Shown here: positions 1-11,810 of the stretch, piece after piece
Position numbering within the stretch: position 1 is the stretch's first letter
Layout of the letters: every line of letters starts with the position of its first letter
From: Phyllobates terribilis
Taxonomy: Eukaryota
Assembly: GCF_046119375.1 (NCBI RefSeq)
Contig: NW_027362762.1
Coordinates: 154,318,001-154,382,000, forward strand
Direction of reading: 5' to 3'
Length of the DNA stretch: 64,000 nucleotides
Translations under genes and position numbers: made by a program
The notes under the pieces: generated by a model
Told to the model about the DNA's origin: nothing
Databases searched by the model: none
What the model saw: the letters and a program-made list of their open reading frames with translations, nothing else

Positions 1-17
1 TATGCGGTGAGCTAGAT

Positions 18-876
18 ATGTATTCTTTGACTGGCAAACAGAGAGCTGCTGTCATGTTGGGACAATTGACGGGTGCTGCAGAGCGGGAAGTTGAAACCTG
101 GCCAGCCGCAGACCAGGAATCGGTATCCATCATCTTTCAGAGACTGCAAACTGTGTTTGAAAACCGCACTGAGACAGATCTCCGGATGAGGTTCTACCAC
201 TGTGTCCAGAAACCTGAGGACAGTGTCCGGGACTGCGCCTGGCGCTTACAGGAAGCCCTGCGGGCCCTGAAACAGGTTAGTCCAGCCAGCATACAGAATG
301 AAAATAAAATGCTGACGGAACAGTTCATCCGGGGGTTGAGGTCCCAGGAAGAGAGCAGAACTGTACAGTGGTGGGCCCTAGATCATCCAGATACCACCTT
401 TGACACCCTTATGGACACGACTATAAAGGGTCTGCAACCCCTGGAAACATCAGATACTGCTATCGAGCGTTACCAGGGTGTGGCCACCTCAGTGCCTGCA
501 GCACCCACTGCTCCTTCATTAACGGCTGAAACAAAGATGCAAACCGTGCCCCCCTAGCAAGCTGGACAGCCTGCGCTCTGAAGCGAGCCAGTTAAGTAAA
601 ACCCTGGCCACTGTCCTGAGCACCCTGCAGCTACAGGAGGAGCCCGAGCCAGAAGGAAGGATACTACTCGCCGACAGCCCTGAGGATGTCCCCTGGATGA
701 GAAGGAGGACAACGCCGCCCCGGAGGAGGACAATGCCACCCCGTGGGAGGACCAACGACCAACGTCACCCTCCAGGAGAATTCATCTGCTACCGCTGCCA
801 GAAGGCAGGCCGCACAGTGCGGAACTGTCCTTTAAACAAGCAAACCCTGGGGCCGAGGGCCGACACCCAGGAGTAA
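18..876 (+). pseudogene. gag: Gypsy gag (5'-truncated by the window, premature stop at 555-557, degenerate CCHC knuckle CYRCQKAGRTVRNC)
   Basis: Aligns by eye with the intact gag at 3273-4256 (QLTGAAEREVETWP vs QLIGAAQREVKSWP; LQEALRALKQ; LTEQFI). Confidence 0.85.
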
Positions 877-889
877 ATCAAGCAGGCCC
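831..889 (+). promoter_or_regulatory. Predicted -1 ribosomal frameshift signal (TTTAAAC plus H-type pseudoknot), host element
   Basis: Slippery heptamer 831-837; 8-nt spacer; S1 846-851/866-871; S2 857-861/885-889; pol is in the -1 frame relative to gag. Confidence 0.7.
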
Positions 890-911
890 ATCAAACTGGT
901 ACCATCGGTTC

Positions 912-1698
912 ATGGGAGGAAGACCTTTCCTGTCCATTGTGCTGGACGGCATCGCGACACCTGCCCTGCTGGACACTGGATCTCAGGTAACCATCATGCC
1001 AGATGTCCTCTACAAAAGGTTCTGGTCCATAGACGAACTTCGCCCGCCAGCTCCAAACCTTTCCGTGTATGCCTCCAATGGCGTTCCCCTTAACCTAGTC
1101 GGGGTTAAGGATGTGGCAGTAAAGGTGGGAAGAGTGGAACTGAAGGACCAGGGACTAATTGTAGTAGAGACTAATCCTGATGATACAGACTTGTATATGG
1201 TACTTGGCACAAATATTGTCGGTAACTGAGAGAAGTGTTTTTGCTCCAACAGATGGCCGACACTGCAAAACCAGGGCAGAGGAGGGTGCTCCAGAAAGAG
1301 ATCCGAGCCCTTATGTACCAGCAACAGGTAAAGCTAACAGGTGGTGAAATTGGTAATGTACGGGTGACTGACCCGATAAACCTTTTGATCCCCCCGATGA
1401 GTGAGATGCTTATTTGGTGTAGAGCAGCAATAGGTCTCAAAGGATGGAGCTAACAGGCGGTAGTAGAGCCCCTTAGCTCGGAGCATAGACCTACACTCTT
1501 GACTGCCAGAGGGGTAGTGGATGTACGCAATGGGAGGGTGCCCGTACGCCTCCTAAACTATGGAGAGGATGAGGTTAAACTGTACACAGTAGATAACAAC
1601 TCCATACACACGGCGGAGTCCTTAACCTCACCAGACGAGGTGGAGGATAATGACCCGGGAACCCAGGTGGAGGATTGGTATCAACAGCTCCATGTTGG
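912..1698 (+). pseudogene. pol: Host pol, N-terminal part: aspartic protease and linker, interrupted at 1699 by the nested element
   Basis: LDTGSQVT motif. Removing the insert joins CATGTTGG to GACAGACACC and restores HVGTDTTPAHQKQ. Confidence 0.9.
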
Positions 1699-2758
1699 TG
1701 ACGTGCCCCCTGGGCCACTGCTGTAGTGCGGCGCGCGTGCGCGCGGGGGATACCCAGAGCCGGATCCGATGGGGGTAGTAGTCTTCGTGTGGCGGTGACC
1801 CGGTCCGCGCCCAGGGTGGTCAAACTGAGTGGCGGTTATTGGTATGATGGTATTAGTGTCCGACTACGCCACCCGTTGAATGCGGTTATGAAACCGCCGC
1901 TGCAGGGCAGTCCGCTGAGGCCAGTGGTACGGATGTGCAGCGTGGATGGTATAACCCCCAACGGGAGGGGTATGGCCTCAGGGCAGAGGATGAGGTTGAT
2001 GTTGGGAGTGATGGTGTGGATGTCCCAGCACTAATGGTGCGACAAGGAAGCACGGAGACGCGAGGGTACAGTTCAGGGTCTTTACTGATGGTACAAGGCA
2101 AATTCCCCCGGGAGTACTGGCTAGTAGTTGGGGCCTGGTTAGTCTGCGAGTAAGCCGGAGCTCCCCTGGCCAGGTGGAGTTGTAGGCCTTCCCGTTAGTC
2201 TGTACCCTTCCTGGCTACCCTGCTTTCGGCGGTTACAAGTAGCCCACGTCCCTGGGTATACCGTGTGGTGCTCACCCGTATGGCTGGTGACCTGGGGCCT
2301 CCTGTTAGCCTCCGCTCCGGAATGGCGGTGCTGGTCCCTTCGTTGTGACTGAGCCTCCGGGCTTTTAGGGCCAGAGGACCTGGAATCCCCTGCCGGATGG
2401 ATTCTGCTGCTGGGTATATCTTAGTCCCCACAGCCTCGGACTCCTGTGTCCGGTTTTAGTACCTTCTCCCAGGGCGAGCTCTGCACAGCTCCAGCCCCTG
2501 GCGCTTCTCCTTGGCTCCTACAGAGCTCCTGATGTCTCTCTGTCCCTGTTTCTGCGTGTCCAGACCAGACTCCGTCTCTGTCTGGAACTCCTCTCTCCTA
2601 ACCCTGCCTCAGCCCCAGTTTATGTAGGGGAAGTTCTTCCCCTCCCAGGACTGGGCAGTAGGTGTGGCATGCTTAGGATTCCTGCCCAGGAGACCTCCCA
2701 CCTGCTCACAGACGTAATATTGCTATTACTGTGGAAACCAGACCCCTGGGGTGCCACA
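1699..2758 (-). repeat. 3' LTR of the nested element
   Basis: Near-identical to 4688-5747 (about 8 substitutions by eye). Confidence 0.95.
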
Positions 2759-2939
2759 TTCCCCCCTAGTGAAATTTAGTACTCCCGGACTAAACATGAA
2801 AAACATAACAGGGTATAAACAATAACAATTAAATACATGAGATGGTCACGGCGTGTCCGTAACCGGGAAGCAATAAGGGTGTCCATTTCACCAAAGAACA
2901 GGGAGCCGTAACCAGGTAGGGGGTCTGTCCTGCCCCGAG

Positions 2940-3290
2940 TCTTTAACAGTCTGTAGTCCACTATTATCAGTCCTTGTGCCGCCAGTTCGACTTTACCGAT
3001 CTTAATGGTCACCTTTTTGAATCCCACCTGCGGCACGGGCTGACCATTGCTGGCGATGATACTCAGGTCGTCATCTGGGTAGCGGGTTATGTCCGAATCA
3101 TTCCAGTACTGCTTGAAGAGCACGTACGGGATGGTGGTGACCTGTTACCCAGTGTCTAGTAGGGCACTCATAGGAATGCCATCCAGTACCACAGGCAAGA
3201 TTGGACGTCCCCCTACGTATTTATCATGCCAGTTTGATGGGCCTGATGGTCTTATGCCTGGGGGTTGGCCCTCTACCCCAGGTTGTGCCC
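2940..3290 (-). pseudogene. Protease remnant with a nonsense codon directly after the catalytic LDTG
   Basis: ORF 3145-3417 ends LLDTG*; homology to the host protease continues in ORF 2776-3123 (ASNGQP..KVELAAQGLIIV). Confidence 0.85.
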
Positions 3291-3297
3291 GTTTAAA
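3239..3297 (-). promoter_or_regulatory. Predicted -1 ribosomal frameshift signal, nested element
   Basis: TTTAAAC, 8-nt spacer, CCTGGGG/CCCCAGG stem, GGGCC/GGCCC second stem; protease ORF is -1 to gag. Confidence 0.7.
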
Positions 3298-4256
3298 TGA
3301 CAGTACCTTGCCACATGTCCGGGTTGATTGCAGCGGCGGCAAATAGGTCGTCCGTCCTCGTTGTATCGATCGCTGGGTCTTCCTCTGGCCGGTGGGGTCC
3401 TCCTTGGTCGGCGCCACGGGATGTCCTCCGGTCCGGATGCCAGCTCGATCTTCCCTGCAGTAGAAACCTGTAAAGACTGCACAGTTCGGGTTAGCGCGGC
3501 AACGCTTTTAGTTAGCTCTTGGACCTGATGGTGCAGGTCTGTAGCTGGGTCATTGTTTAAAGCCTGCGCATCAGCTCCCACAGGCCCTGCAGACAAGGGC
3601 GCCGTCTCCTGGTGATAAGTGATAGCAGGGCGCCTGTGGGTCACAGCGCCACCTGGTGCCGGTTCTCGGAGCACCCGGATGGCTCTGTCCTTGAACTGTA
3701 CAAAGTCCAGGTCAGGGTCCTGTAAGGCCATTGCCCGCAACTGGGTTCGGTGGGCATTGCACAGTAGACCCTCAATGAATTGTTCAGTTAACAGCTTATC
3801 TTCATTTCCCACGCTGTCAGGGTCTGCCTGCTTAATGGCTCTCAGGGCCTCTTGTAGGTTTAGAGCATAGTCTCTTATACTCTCATGTGCCCGTTGTTTG
3901 CACCCATAAAATCTTAGTTTTATTTCGGCTGAGGTGCGGGTGTCAAATGTGTCTTTCAGCCGGGTTAGTATGTCTCTGACAGTCCTCTTCCTCCCAGGTG
4001 GCCAGGACTTTACCTCCCTTTGGGCTGCCCCGATTAATTGGGCCACCAGGATGCTCACTTTTTGCGCCTCCGTGAGGGGATACACCTGGAAGAGGCTATC
4101 CAGCCTTTCTCTGAAGTCATTTAGGGTATGTGACTCCCCTGAGTACTGGGGTAGCCAGGCTGCCCCCGGGATATAGGGCATGGTGAAAGGCATGACCGCA
4201 GCAGCGGTGGCGCTGGCGGTGGCTGTGGCAGTGAAGCTCTCCTCCGTATCCGACAT
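3273..4256 (-). CDS. gag: Intact Gypsy Gag (327 aa, PNMA-like capsid plus CCHC knuckle CRRCNQPGHVARYC)
   Basis: Uninterrupted ORF downstream of the PBS; canonical CX2CX4HX4C. Confidence 0.88.
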   Translation of the reverse strand: MSDTEESFTATATASATAAAVMPFTMPYIPGAAWLPQYSGESHTLNDFRERLDSLFQVYPLTEAQKVSILVAQLIGAAQREVKSWPPGRKRTVRDILTRLKDTFDTRTSAEIKLRFYGCKQRAHESIRDYALNLQEALRAIKQADPDSVGNEDKLLTEQFIEGLLCNAHRTQLRAMALQDPDLDFVQFKDRAIRVLREPAPGGAVTHRRPAITYHQETAPLSAGPVGADAQALNNDPATDLHHQVQELTKSVAALTRTVQSLQVSTAGKIELASGPEDIPWRRPRRTPPARGRPSDRYNEDGRPICRRCNQPGHVARYCHLNGHNLG

Positions 4257-4664
4257 CCTCCTCCCCCCTAGTGGACCGTGGCCTACCTTGCGATGATCCT
4301 CTTCCGTAGGCCGCGGCTCCGCAGTGGATCGTCAGGGTTGAGGACCTTCCGTCGCGCTCCTGTGACGTCGGCGTCTGCTGGGCTCCTTCCAGGACCTTAC
4401 GCAACGTCCGGACGTGAGGCGTGGCTTCAGTTCTCGCAGGCTTTCGGAGTCCACGCCCCTCTTCTTCCCGCGCGGCGCCCTCAAGATGGCGTCCAATGGC
4501 GGGAAAACTCCACGGATGGCGGGAAGAAGGCAGAAGATGGCGTCGGATGGCGGGAATCGGCTCCAGATGGCGGGAAACGACTCCGGACGGCGGGAAACTT
4601 CACCACAGGTAAGTATAAAAGTCTCTTTTTTCAGGCACGCAGTACCCGGTGGTTGCGGGCACGT

Positions 4665-4683
4665 AATCCTGCCGACTACGCCA
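4665..4683 (-). promoter_or_regulatory. Primer-binding site for tRNA-Ser
   Basis: Plus strand AATCCTGCCGACTACGCCA matches the 3' end of vertebrate tRNA-Ser(AGA/TGA)+CCA as I recall it; lies 4 nt inside the LTR boundary. Confidence 0.85.
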
Positions 4684-4687
4684 AAGT

Positions 4688-5747
4688 TGACGCGCCCCCT
4701 GGGCCACTGCTGTAGTGCGGCGCGCATGCGCGCGGGGGATACCCGGAGCCGGATCCGATGGGGGTAGTAGTCTTCGTGTGGCGGTGACCCGGTCCGCGCC
4801 CAGGGTGGTCAAACTGAGTGGCGGTTATTGGTATGATGGTATTAGTGTCCGACTACGCCACCCGTTGAATGCGGTTATGAAACCGCCGCTGCAGGGCAGT
4901 CCGCTGAGGCCGGTGGTACGGATGTGCAGCGTGGATGGTATAACTCCCAACGGGAGGGGTATGGCCTCAGGGCAGAGGATGAGGTTGATGTTGGGAGTGA
5001 TGGTGTGGATGTCCCAGCACTAATGGTGCGACAAGGAAGCACGGAGATGCGAGGGTACAGTTCAGGGTCTTTACTGATGGTACAAGGCAAATTCCCCCGG
5101 GAGTACTGGCTAGTAGTTGGGGCCTGATTAGTCTGCGAGTAAGCCGGAGCTCCCCTGGCCAGGTGGAGTTGTAGGCCTTCCCGTTAGTCTGTACCCTTCC
5201 TGGCTACCCTGCTTTCGGCGGTTACAAGTAGCCCACGTCCCTGGGTATACCGTGTGGTGCTCACCCGTATGGCTGGTGACCTGGGGCCTCCTGTTAGCCT
5301 CCGCTCCGGAATGGCGGTGCTGGTCCCTTCGTTGTGACTGAGCCTCCGGGCTTTTAGGGCCAGAGGACCTGGAATCCCCTGCCGGATGGATTCTGCTGCT
5401 GGGTATATCTTAGTCCCCACAGCCTCGGACTCCTGTGTCCGGTTTTAGTACCTTCTCCCAGGGCGAGCTCTGCACAGCTCCAGCCCCTGGCGCTTCTCCT
5501 TGGCTCCTACAGAGCTCCTGATGTCTCTCTGTCCCTGTTTCTGCGTGTCCAGACCAGACTCCGTCTCTGTCTGGAACTCCTCTCTCCTAACCCTGCCTCA
5601 GCCCCAGTTTATGTAGGGGAAGTTCTTCCCCTCCCAGGACTGGGCAGGAGGTGTGGCATGCTTAGGATTCCTGCCCAGGAGACCTCCCACCTGCTCACAG
5701 ACGTAATATTGCTATTACTGTGGAAACCAGACCCCTGGGGTGCCACA
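4688..5747 (-). repeat. 5' LTR of the nested element
   Basis: Adjacent to the PBS; near-identical to 1699-2758. Confidence 0.95.
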
Positions 5748-5751
5748 TTGG

Positions 5752-8700
5752 GACAGACACCACTCCTGCCCATCAGAAACAGCGTGTACACCGGGTGGTA
5801 CAGGAATACGAGCAGGTATTCAGTAAACACCCACTTGACTTTGGGAGGATTAAAGGGATACAACACCATATACCCACAGGTGACCATCCATCCATCAAAG
5901 AACGTTACAGCCCCATACCACCAGCACACTACCAGAAGGCGAAGGAGATGTTGCACAACATGAAGAAGGCAGGGGTAGTAAGGGATAGCTGTAGTCCCTG
6001 GGCAGCTCTCCTGGTCCTAGTCAGGAAAAAGGATGGAGGCATGAGAATGTGTGTAGATTACAGACAGGTAAATCGCATAACACACAAAGAATGCATACCC
6101 TTTGCCTCGTATAGAGGAATCCCTGGCTGCATTAAAGTCTGCAAATTACTTCTCCACCCTTGACCTTTCTAGTGGGTACTAGCAAGTAGCTGTTGCTGAA
6201 GAGGATCGGGAGAAGACGGCCTTTACTACCCCGATGGGACTCTGCGAGTTCAACAGTATGCCGTTCGGACTCTGCAACGCCCCTGGAACGTTCCAGAGAT
6301 TGATGGAGTGCTGCCTGGGACACCGCAACTTCGAGACTGTACTGCTATACCTGGATGACATGATAGTGTACACCAAAACGTACGAGGACCATTTGAAGCA
6401 CCTGGCAGAGGTATTTGAGTCGCTGTCCCGGTATGGGATGAAGCTGAAGCCCTCCAAGTGCCACCTGCTCAAGCGAAAGGTACAGTACCTGGGGCACATC
6501 GTCAGTCCAGAAGGAGTAACACCGGATCCGGAGAAGGTCACTGCCATCCTGAAATGGCCGGAGCCGAAGAGCCTCAAGGAGGTACGTCAGTTCCTGGGAC
6601 TAGTCGGGTATTACCGGAGGTTTGTGAAGGACTATACCAAGAAAGCGGCGCCTTTGCAAGATCTCCTGGTAGGACAGTCCAGGAGAGGCAGAAACCCCCC
6701 GTTCCAGTGGGGTAAGGAGCAAGCTGAATCCTTTTGAGGTGATGAAGGAGATCCTGACCTGCGAAGAGATCCTAGCCTACCCTGACTACAGCCAACCGTT
6801 CCTGCTGTACACTGATGCCAGCAACGAGGGATAAGGAGCTGTGTTAAGTCAGAAGCAGAATGGCCGAGAGAAGGTTATCACCTATGCAAGCAGGAAGCTC
6901 CGCCCGACCGAGAGGAACCCAGAGAACTATAGCAGCTTCAAGTTGGAGTTCCTGGCCCTGGTCTGGGCCATCACCGAGCGGTTCAAGCACTACCTAGCCT
7001 CCAGTAAGTTCACTGCCTACACTGATAATAACCCCTTGACTCATCTGGAAACAGCCAAGTTAGGAGCCATGGAACAACGATGGATGGCTCGGCTGTCAAA
7101 CTACCAGTTCACCATTAAGTACCGGGCAGGCCGCAAGAATGCCGATGCCCTGTCCAGGATGCCTCACCAGTCGGACACTGAAGAAGAAGTGGATGACCTG
7201 GAAGAGATTGAGCTACCTGCCTTCCACAGAAATGGGATGGTCCACGAGCAGCGCACCTCCAGGAGGTATCGTGGTAGGACACTAAACCCTTTGCCTCACC
7301 ACAGTTGGAAGGAGACCCAGGACAGCGACCCGGTTGTCAGCCGTATCAAAGAACTGATAACCCAGGAAGGTTCCTCCCTGGAGAAGGACGCATCTCCGCA
7401 AGCCAAGCAACTATGGAATGAGAGAAGCCGGCTGTTCATCTATAGAGAGAAGCTGTGCCGAAGGTATGTCAACCCCAGGACCCATGAGATGGTATGGCAG
7501 ATCGTAGTGCCGAGGACGGACATCCAGATGGTGTTGGAGGCCTACCATGATCAAGCGGGGCACTTTGGCTGGAAGAAGCTAGAAACCCTGCTGAAAGGTC
7601 GGTTTTATTGGGTTGGAATGCGCAGTTCCATAGAGAGATGGTGCTGGGATTGTGGACCCTGTAGCCTCAGAAGAAAAGACTACAACAGCCAGAAGGCACC
7701 CCTGAAACCCATCAAGACAAGATCGTTGCCCTGGATAATGTCAAGCTGTCACCCAGCAGGTCAGGATATTCCTATGCCCTGACCATGGTGGATCACTACT
7801 CCCGGTTCCTGGTGGTCCCCCCTGTCAAGGATCTGACGGCAGAAACTGCGGCGAAGATGTTTCAGGCATACTTCTGCAGGCCCCATGGATACCCAGAGCA
7901 GGTGCTGACAGATCAAGGCACTGCCTTCGATGCCGAATTGTTCAAGGAGTTTTGCCATCTGCACGGGTGTAAGAAGATCCGGACTACACCGTACCACCCC
8001 CAAACCAATGGGTTATGTGAGAAGATGAATAACATTGTCATCGACCTGTTGAAGACCTTACTGCTAGAAGAAAGAAACCAGTGGCCAGACAAGCTACCTG
8101 AACTGGTAGATCTGTACAACCACATACCTGTGAGTTCCACCAATTGTACTCCAGCATATCTCATGCAAGCAAGACCCGGAAAGTTGCCCATGGACCTGGA
8201 GCTTGGTGTAGTAGAACCCGAATCAGATATGTCCACTGAAGACTGGGACACGACGCGACAGGAACAATACAGGAGAGTACAAGTCTGTGTCGAAGACAGT
8301 CTGAATAGGGTAAGCGACAAGCAGGAAGCACAGTACAACAAGAGTGCACAAGCAGAACCCTTTACACCTGGAGACGTTGTGCTAAAGAGAAAAAGAAAAA
8401 AACACAAACTTGATGACCAGTGGGAGAGGGAACCCTACACGGTGTTAAATTCAAGATTTGATAACCGGAAGACCTGTTTAATTACCAAGGACTGAGGAAG
8501 AACGACTGCAACGGTATCTAGAGACCATCTGAAGTTCTGTCCAGGTCTGCTAAAGCCCCAGGAAGAAGTGCCTCTCATCGTACCGGAGGAGCCTAAAGAA
8601 GCAGTAATACATACTGAATTAGGAGATTTCCCGGCAGATTGGCCCCAGCTTTGGAGGAGCAGTGATAATACCTGTGATCCACTTCTACCAACAGCCAGAA

Positions 8701-8976
8701 GACCCTCCACAGCAAGTAGAACCTGTAGGTGCCCCAGAAGAGCCTGCTCAGGAAGAATCCCCGGAAGAAGGATCCCTGGTTGGAGCAGAGCAAGAAGGCC
8801 CAGCCAATGGTACACTTGCCAGTCCCGTAGAGACTTTAAGGCAGTCTTGCAGTCCCTCCACACCTAGAACTGACAGAATGGGAGGTAGTTCAAATACTAG
8901 TGCCTCACGCATCCCAGTACTACGTAGGTCAACACAAAGCACGCAAGGTCAGACCCCTGTCAGATACAGAGAGTAG
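5752..8976 (+). pseudogene. pol: Host pol continuation: RT, RNase H, integrase (fragmented)
   Basis: ORF pieces 5720-6163, 6234-6737, 6841-7782, 7785-8495 with PWAALLVLVRKKDG, MPFGLCNAPGTFQ, YLDD, HHCC zinc finger and DDE motifs; in-frame stops (e.g. TAG near 6180) and frameshifts. Confidence 0.93.
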
Positions 8977-9549
8977 GAAGAGAAACTCTGATAGTATAAA
9001 TAGTTGCCCCTTGGGGAATGTTGTTCTTGTGTAATTTTCATGTATGTATTTATTGACTTATTTTTGCCTTGCAATGGACAATTTAGGTGACATGGACACT
9101 TTTCTTGTTGCATTTAGTTACCCGTAAGGGTATATATAAAGGACTCTGTGGCTGAGGACTGTGTGCAGCCCAAAAACTGTTTATTTGTCCATAGTTGCAC
9201 TCCCTGGAGTGCCCCTTTTAGGTAACCACTGACCAAAAACCTGTTTGGCGTGGCGGAAGACGTGGTCCAACTCCGGATCACCTATGCCCTGCAGCCACGC
9301 CCAGGGTTTACGGACAGGTCCCTCAAGCTACCATGTACTTTGCAGTGAAATGGACACCATGTTAGGGTACTCACTGACAATTGCTCAAGAACTTTAACTA
9401 TTGTACATATATTGATTATTTATTATGTTTTTGTTATCTGTAACGTTCAAGCAAAGTGCCTCCCGTAAAGGGAAGAAAAGTTGTTATTGTTAACCTGTTT
9501 TTGAAAAAAATGCTTCAGTCCAGGAGTACTGAGTTTTACTAGGGGGGAA

Positions 9550-9945
9550 TGTGGCGCCCTGCTGTGCATTGGTGTCACAGAACCCAGAAGGGTGCATGGA
9601 TGGACTTCTCCACAAGAGGCCCTCACACATTCACACACCTCCACCCTACCACCTCAGACCAGCAGAGGGAGCCCGTTAGGGATATATATAGGGAGGGTGG
9701 AGGCTGGCAGCTCAGTGAAGTCAGTGTTCAAAGACAGAGATGAACACAGCTCAGAGTTGAGCAGAGAGCGTGCTGACGCTCAGAAAGCAGTGAAGAGGCA
9801 GCGAGCTGGCTGCGGTGCTTAGGCGAGCCAAGGCCTACAGCAAGTGTGAAGGCCTAGTGAGGGCCTTGAGTGGGCCGAAGGCGAGGGGAGAAGGAAGAAG
9901 TAGTGAGGGGGCAGAGGAGCATACCAGGCTCACCCCGAGATACAT
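9550..9945 (+). repeat. 3' LTR of the host Gypsy element, truncated after ~400 bp at a microsatellite
   Basis: Starts TGTGGCGCCC directly after the PPT; related complete LTRs in the window are 1060-1263 bp. Confidence 0.8.
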
Positions 9946-9985
9946 AGAGAGAGATATATATATATAGATAGATAGATAGATAGAT
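9946..9985. repeat. Compound (GA)n(TA)n(GATA)n microsatellite
   Basis: Seen directly. Confidence 0.9.
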
Positions 9986-11810
9986 AGTAACATACCTGGC
10001 GGCGTCCTTGCATGGTGGTCCATCTCCCACTGTGCAAGAGCGCGCACTTGATCTCCAGTCCAGAATGTCTCTCTGGCTTCCCTCCTTGCTGTCTGTCTGT
10101 TTTGGCTGCATAGGGCGACGCCCGCTGAACTTCCTGTTTCTTGTACCTGCTGCGGACACGCCCCTGTTGCACCTTCAGCCTATTGCTGTCCATCTTTGGG
10201 TATTTATACCACCTTCTTCCTCAAGATGGCGCCTGAGCATTGTGTCCTGTCAGTTGGCGTTTTGTCTCTGACGTGCCAGGTCCTATCCTGTTTTCCTGCC
10301 TGTTCTCCAGTTCTGTGTCTGAACTGTGGTCTGTTCTTGTGAACACGCTTCGAGCCTGTTCTTTCGCCTTCTAGGGGCTGTATTCCTAGATCTGCCTGTC
10401 TGTGCCTTGCGGTATCTGTTCCCATCTGAACAGAGTCCTGTTTGTGTCCCAGCCTTGCTGTATTTGTTCCCGTTCCTCTGTTCCCAGTTGTCTGTGCCTT
10501 GCGGTATCTGTTCCCGTCTGAACAGAGTCCTGTTTGTGTCCCAGCCTTGCTGTATTTGTTCCCGTTCCTCTGTTCCCAGTTGTCTGTGCCTCGTTTCTAC
10601 TTTAGCCTTTTCTCCCTTTTCCCTCTGTCTGTTTTCTGCGCCTTTCTGCAGAGTCTGAACTTGCTCCTAAATTCCTTCTCGTCGTCTCTGTACCTCTGTT
10701 GTGAATTTAGTGTACGCTCGCTACTTCTTTGCAAGTACTTTGTGTGCTTCTGGTTCTGCCTTTCCTTCTCTGTCTGTTCTTTGTGAACAGAGTCCTATCT
10801 CCTTGCCTTGTCTCGTTTGCCGCTCTGCGGTTCCCGCTCTGCTCCTGCCTTGTTTGCCGCTCTGCGGTTCCCGCTCTGCTCCTGCCTTGTTTGCCGCTCT
10901 CCGGTTTCCGCTCTGCTCCTGCCTTGTTTACCGCTCTGCGGTTTCCTCTCTGCTCCTGCTTAGCTTGCCGCTCTTGCGGTTTCTGCTCTGCTCTTGCCTT
11001 GTTTGCCGCTCTGCGGTTCCCACTCTGCTCCTGCCTTGTTTGCCGCTCTGCGGTTTCCACTCTGCTCCTGCCTTGTTGCCGCTCTGCGGTTTCCGCTCTG
11101 CTCCTGCCTTCTTAGCCGCTCTGCGGTTTCCGCTCTGCTCCTGCCTTGTTTACCGCTCTGCGGTTTCCGCTCTGCTCCTGCCTTGTTTACCGCTCTTGCA
11201 GTTTCCACTCTGCTCTTGCCTTGCTTGCCGCTCCTGCGGTTTCTGCTCTGCTTCTGCTCGTTGCTCCGGCAGCCCCGTCCGGCTCTGCATCTGCTCGCTG
11301 CTCCGGCAGTCCTGTCCTGCTCTGCTTGTGCTCGCTGCTCCGGCAGTCCCGTCCTGCTCTGCTCTTGCCCACCGCTTCGGGCGTTCCCTCTCTGCTGTGT
11401 TTGGCTACCGCATCTGTGGTTCTGTTTCTGTGTCCCAGTCTGTACTGGGCCTTGTCCTCTCTGAGCTCCAGCCCATCCTTTCTGCCAGTACCTCCCTGCC
11501 TGCATACTCGCCTGTATCCACCCGTCTGCATACCTGCCGTGTTCGCTTATATCCACCAGTCTGAGCCAGCCTAACCTGCCTGTTCCAGTAATCCCTGTGT
11601 GGGTCAACCCCCGTGTCCGGAGTTTGACCTGGAGTAGCACCTGGTCCCTCTGCCTGGTTTCTCCCTGGTGCACTGGCGTCGTATGCCGTAGTGCCACCTT
11701 GGTCGGATCGGCCAGATACTTAGTCACGCCCCTCCAGGCACTCTCCGGTTCATGGTCCAGTGGAACCACTTCTCCCGCACACGCCAGTCAGTCCGGGCGT
11801 GTGCATAACA
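9986..11810 (+). repeat. 5' LTR (1825 bp) with TATA-like TATTTATA at 10201, a 92-bp internal duplication and a 37-bp minisatellite
   Basis: Direct repeat of 13653-15870; the first base is A instead of T. Confidence 0.92.
10818..11240 (+). repeat. 37-bp minisatellite CCGCTCTGCGGTTYCCGCTCTGCTCCTGCCTTGTTTG in the 5' LTR
   Basis: Tandem units seen directly. Confidence 0.9.

Larger units (their letters stand above)
1699..5747 (-). mobile_element. Non-autonomous Gypsy LTR element (gag plus broken protease, no RT/RH/IN) nested in the host pol
   Basis: 1060-bp direct repeats 1699-2758 and 4688-5747 (TG..CA); TSD TTGG at 1695-1698 and 5748-5751; PBS at 4665-4683; PPT (plus-strand TTCCCCCCTAGT) at 2759-2770. 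Confidence 0.96.
1..9945 (+). mobile_element. Decayed Ty3/Gypsy LTR retrotransposon (non-chromovirus, PNMA-like gag; order gag-PR-RT-RH-IN); 5' part outside the window, 3' LTR truncated
   Basis: Gag-like ORF 18-557; PR LDTGSQVT; RT YLDD (6234-6737); RNase H YASRKL..EFLALVWA (6841-); IN DQG..YHPQTNGLCE (7785-8495); PPT AGGGGGGAA 9541-9549 followed by LTR start TGTGGCGCCC at 9550. Several stops and frameshifts. Confidence 0.95.

Noticed and set aside
4480-4600. Cluster of (AA)GATGGCG YY1-like motifs in the nested element leader
   Set aside because: Part of a short degenerate GC-rich repeat; a motif match alone is not evidence of regulation.
4665-4683. tRNA-Ser-like sequence as a tRNA gene
   Set aside because: Only the 3' 19 nt match, and the position identifies it as a PBS.
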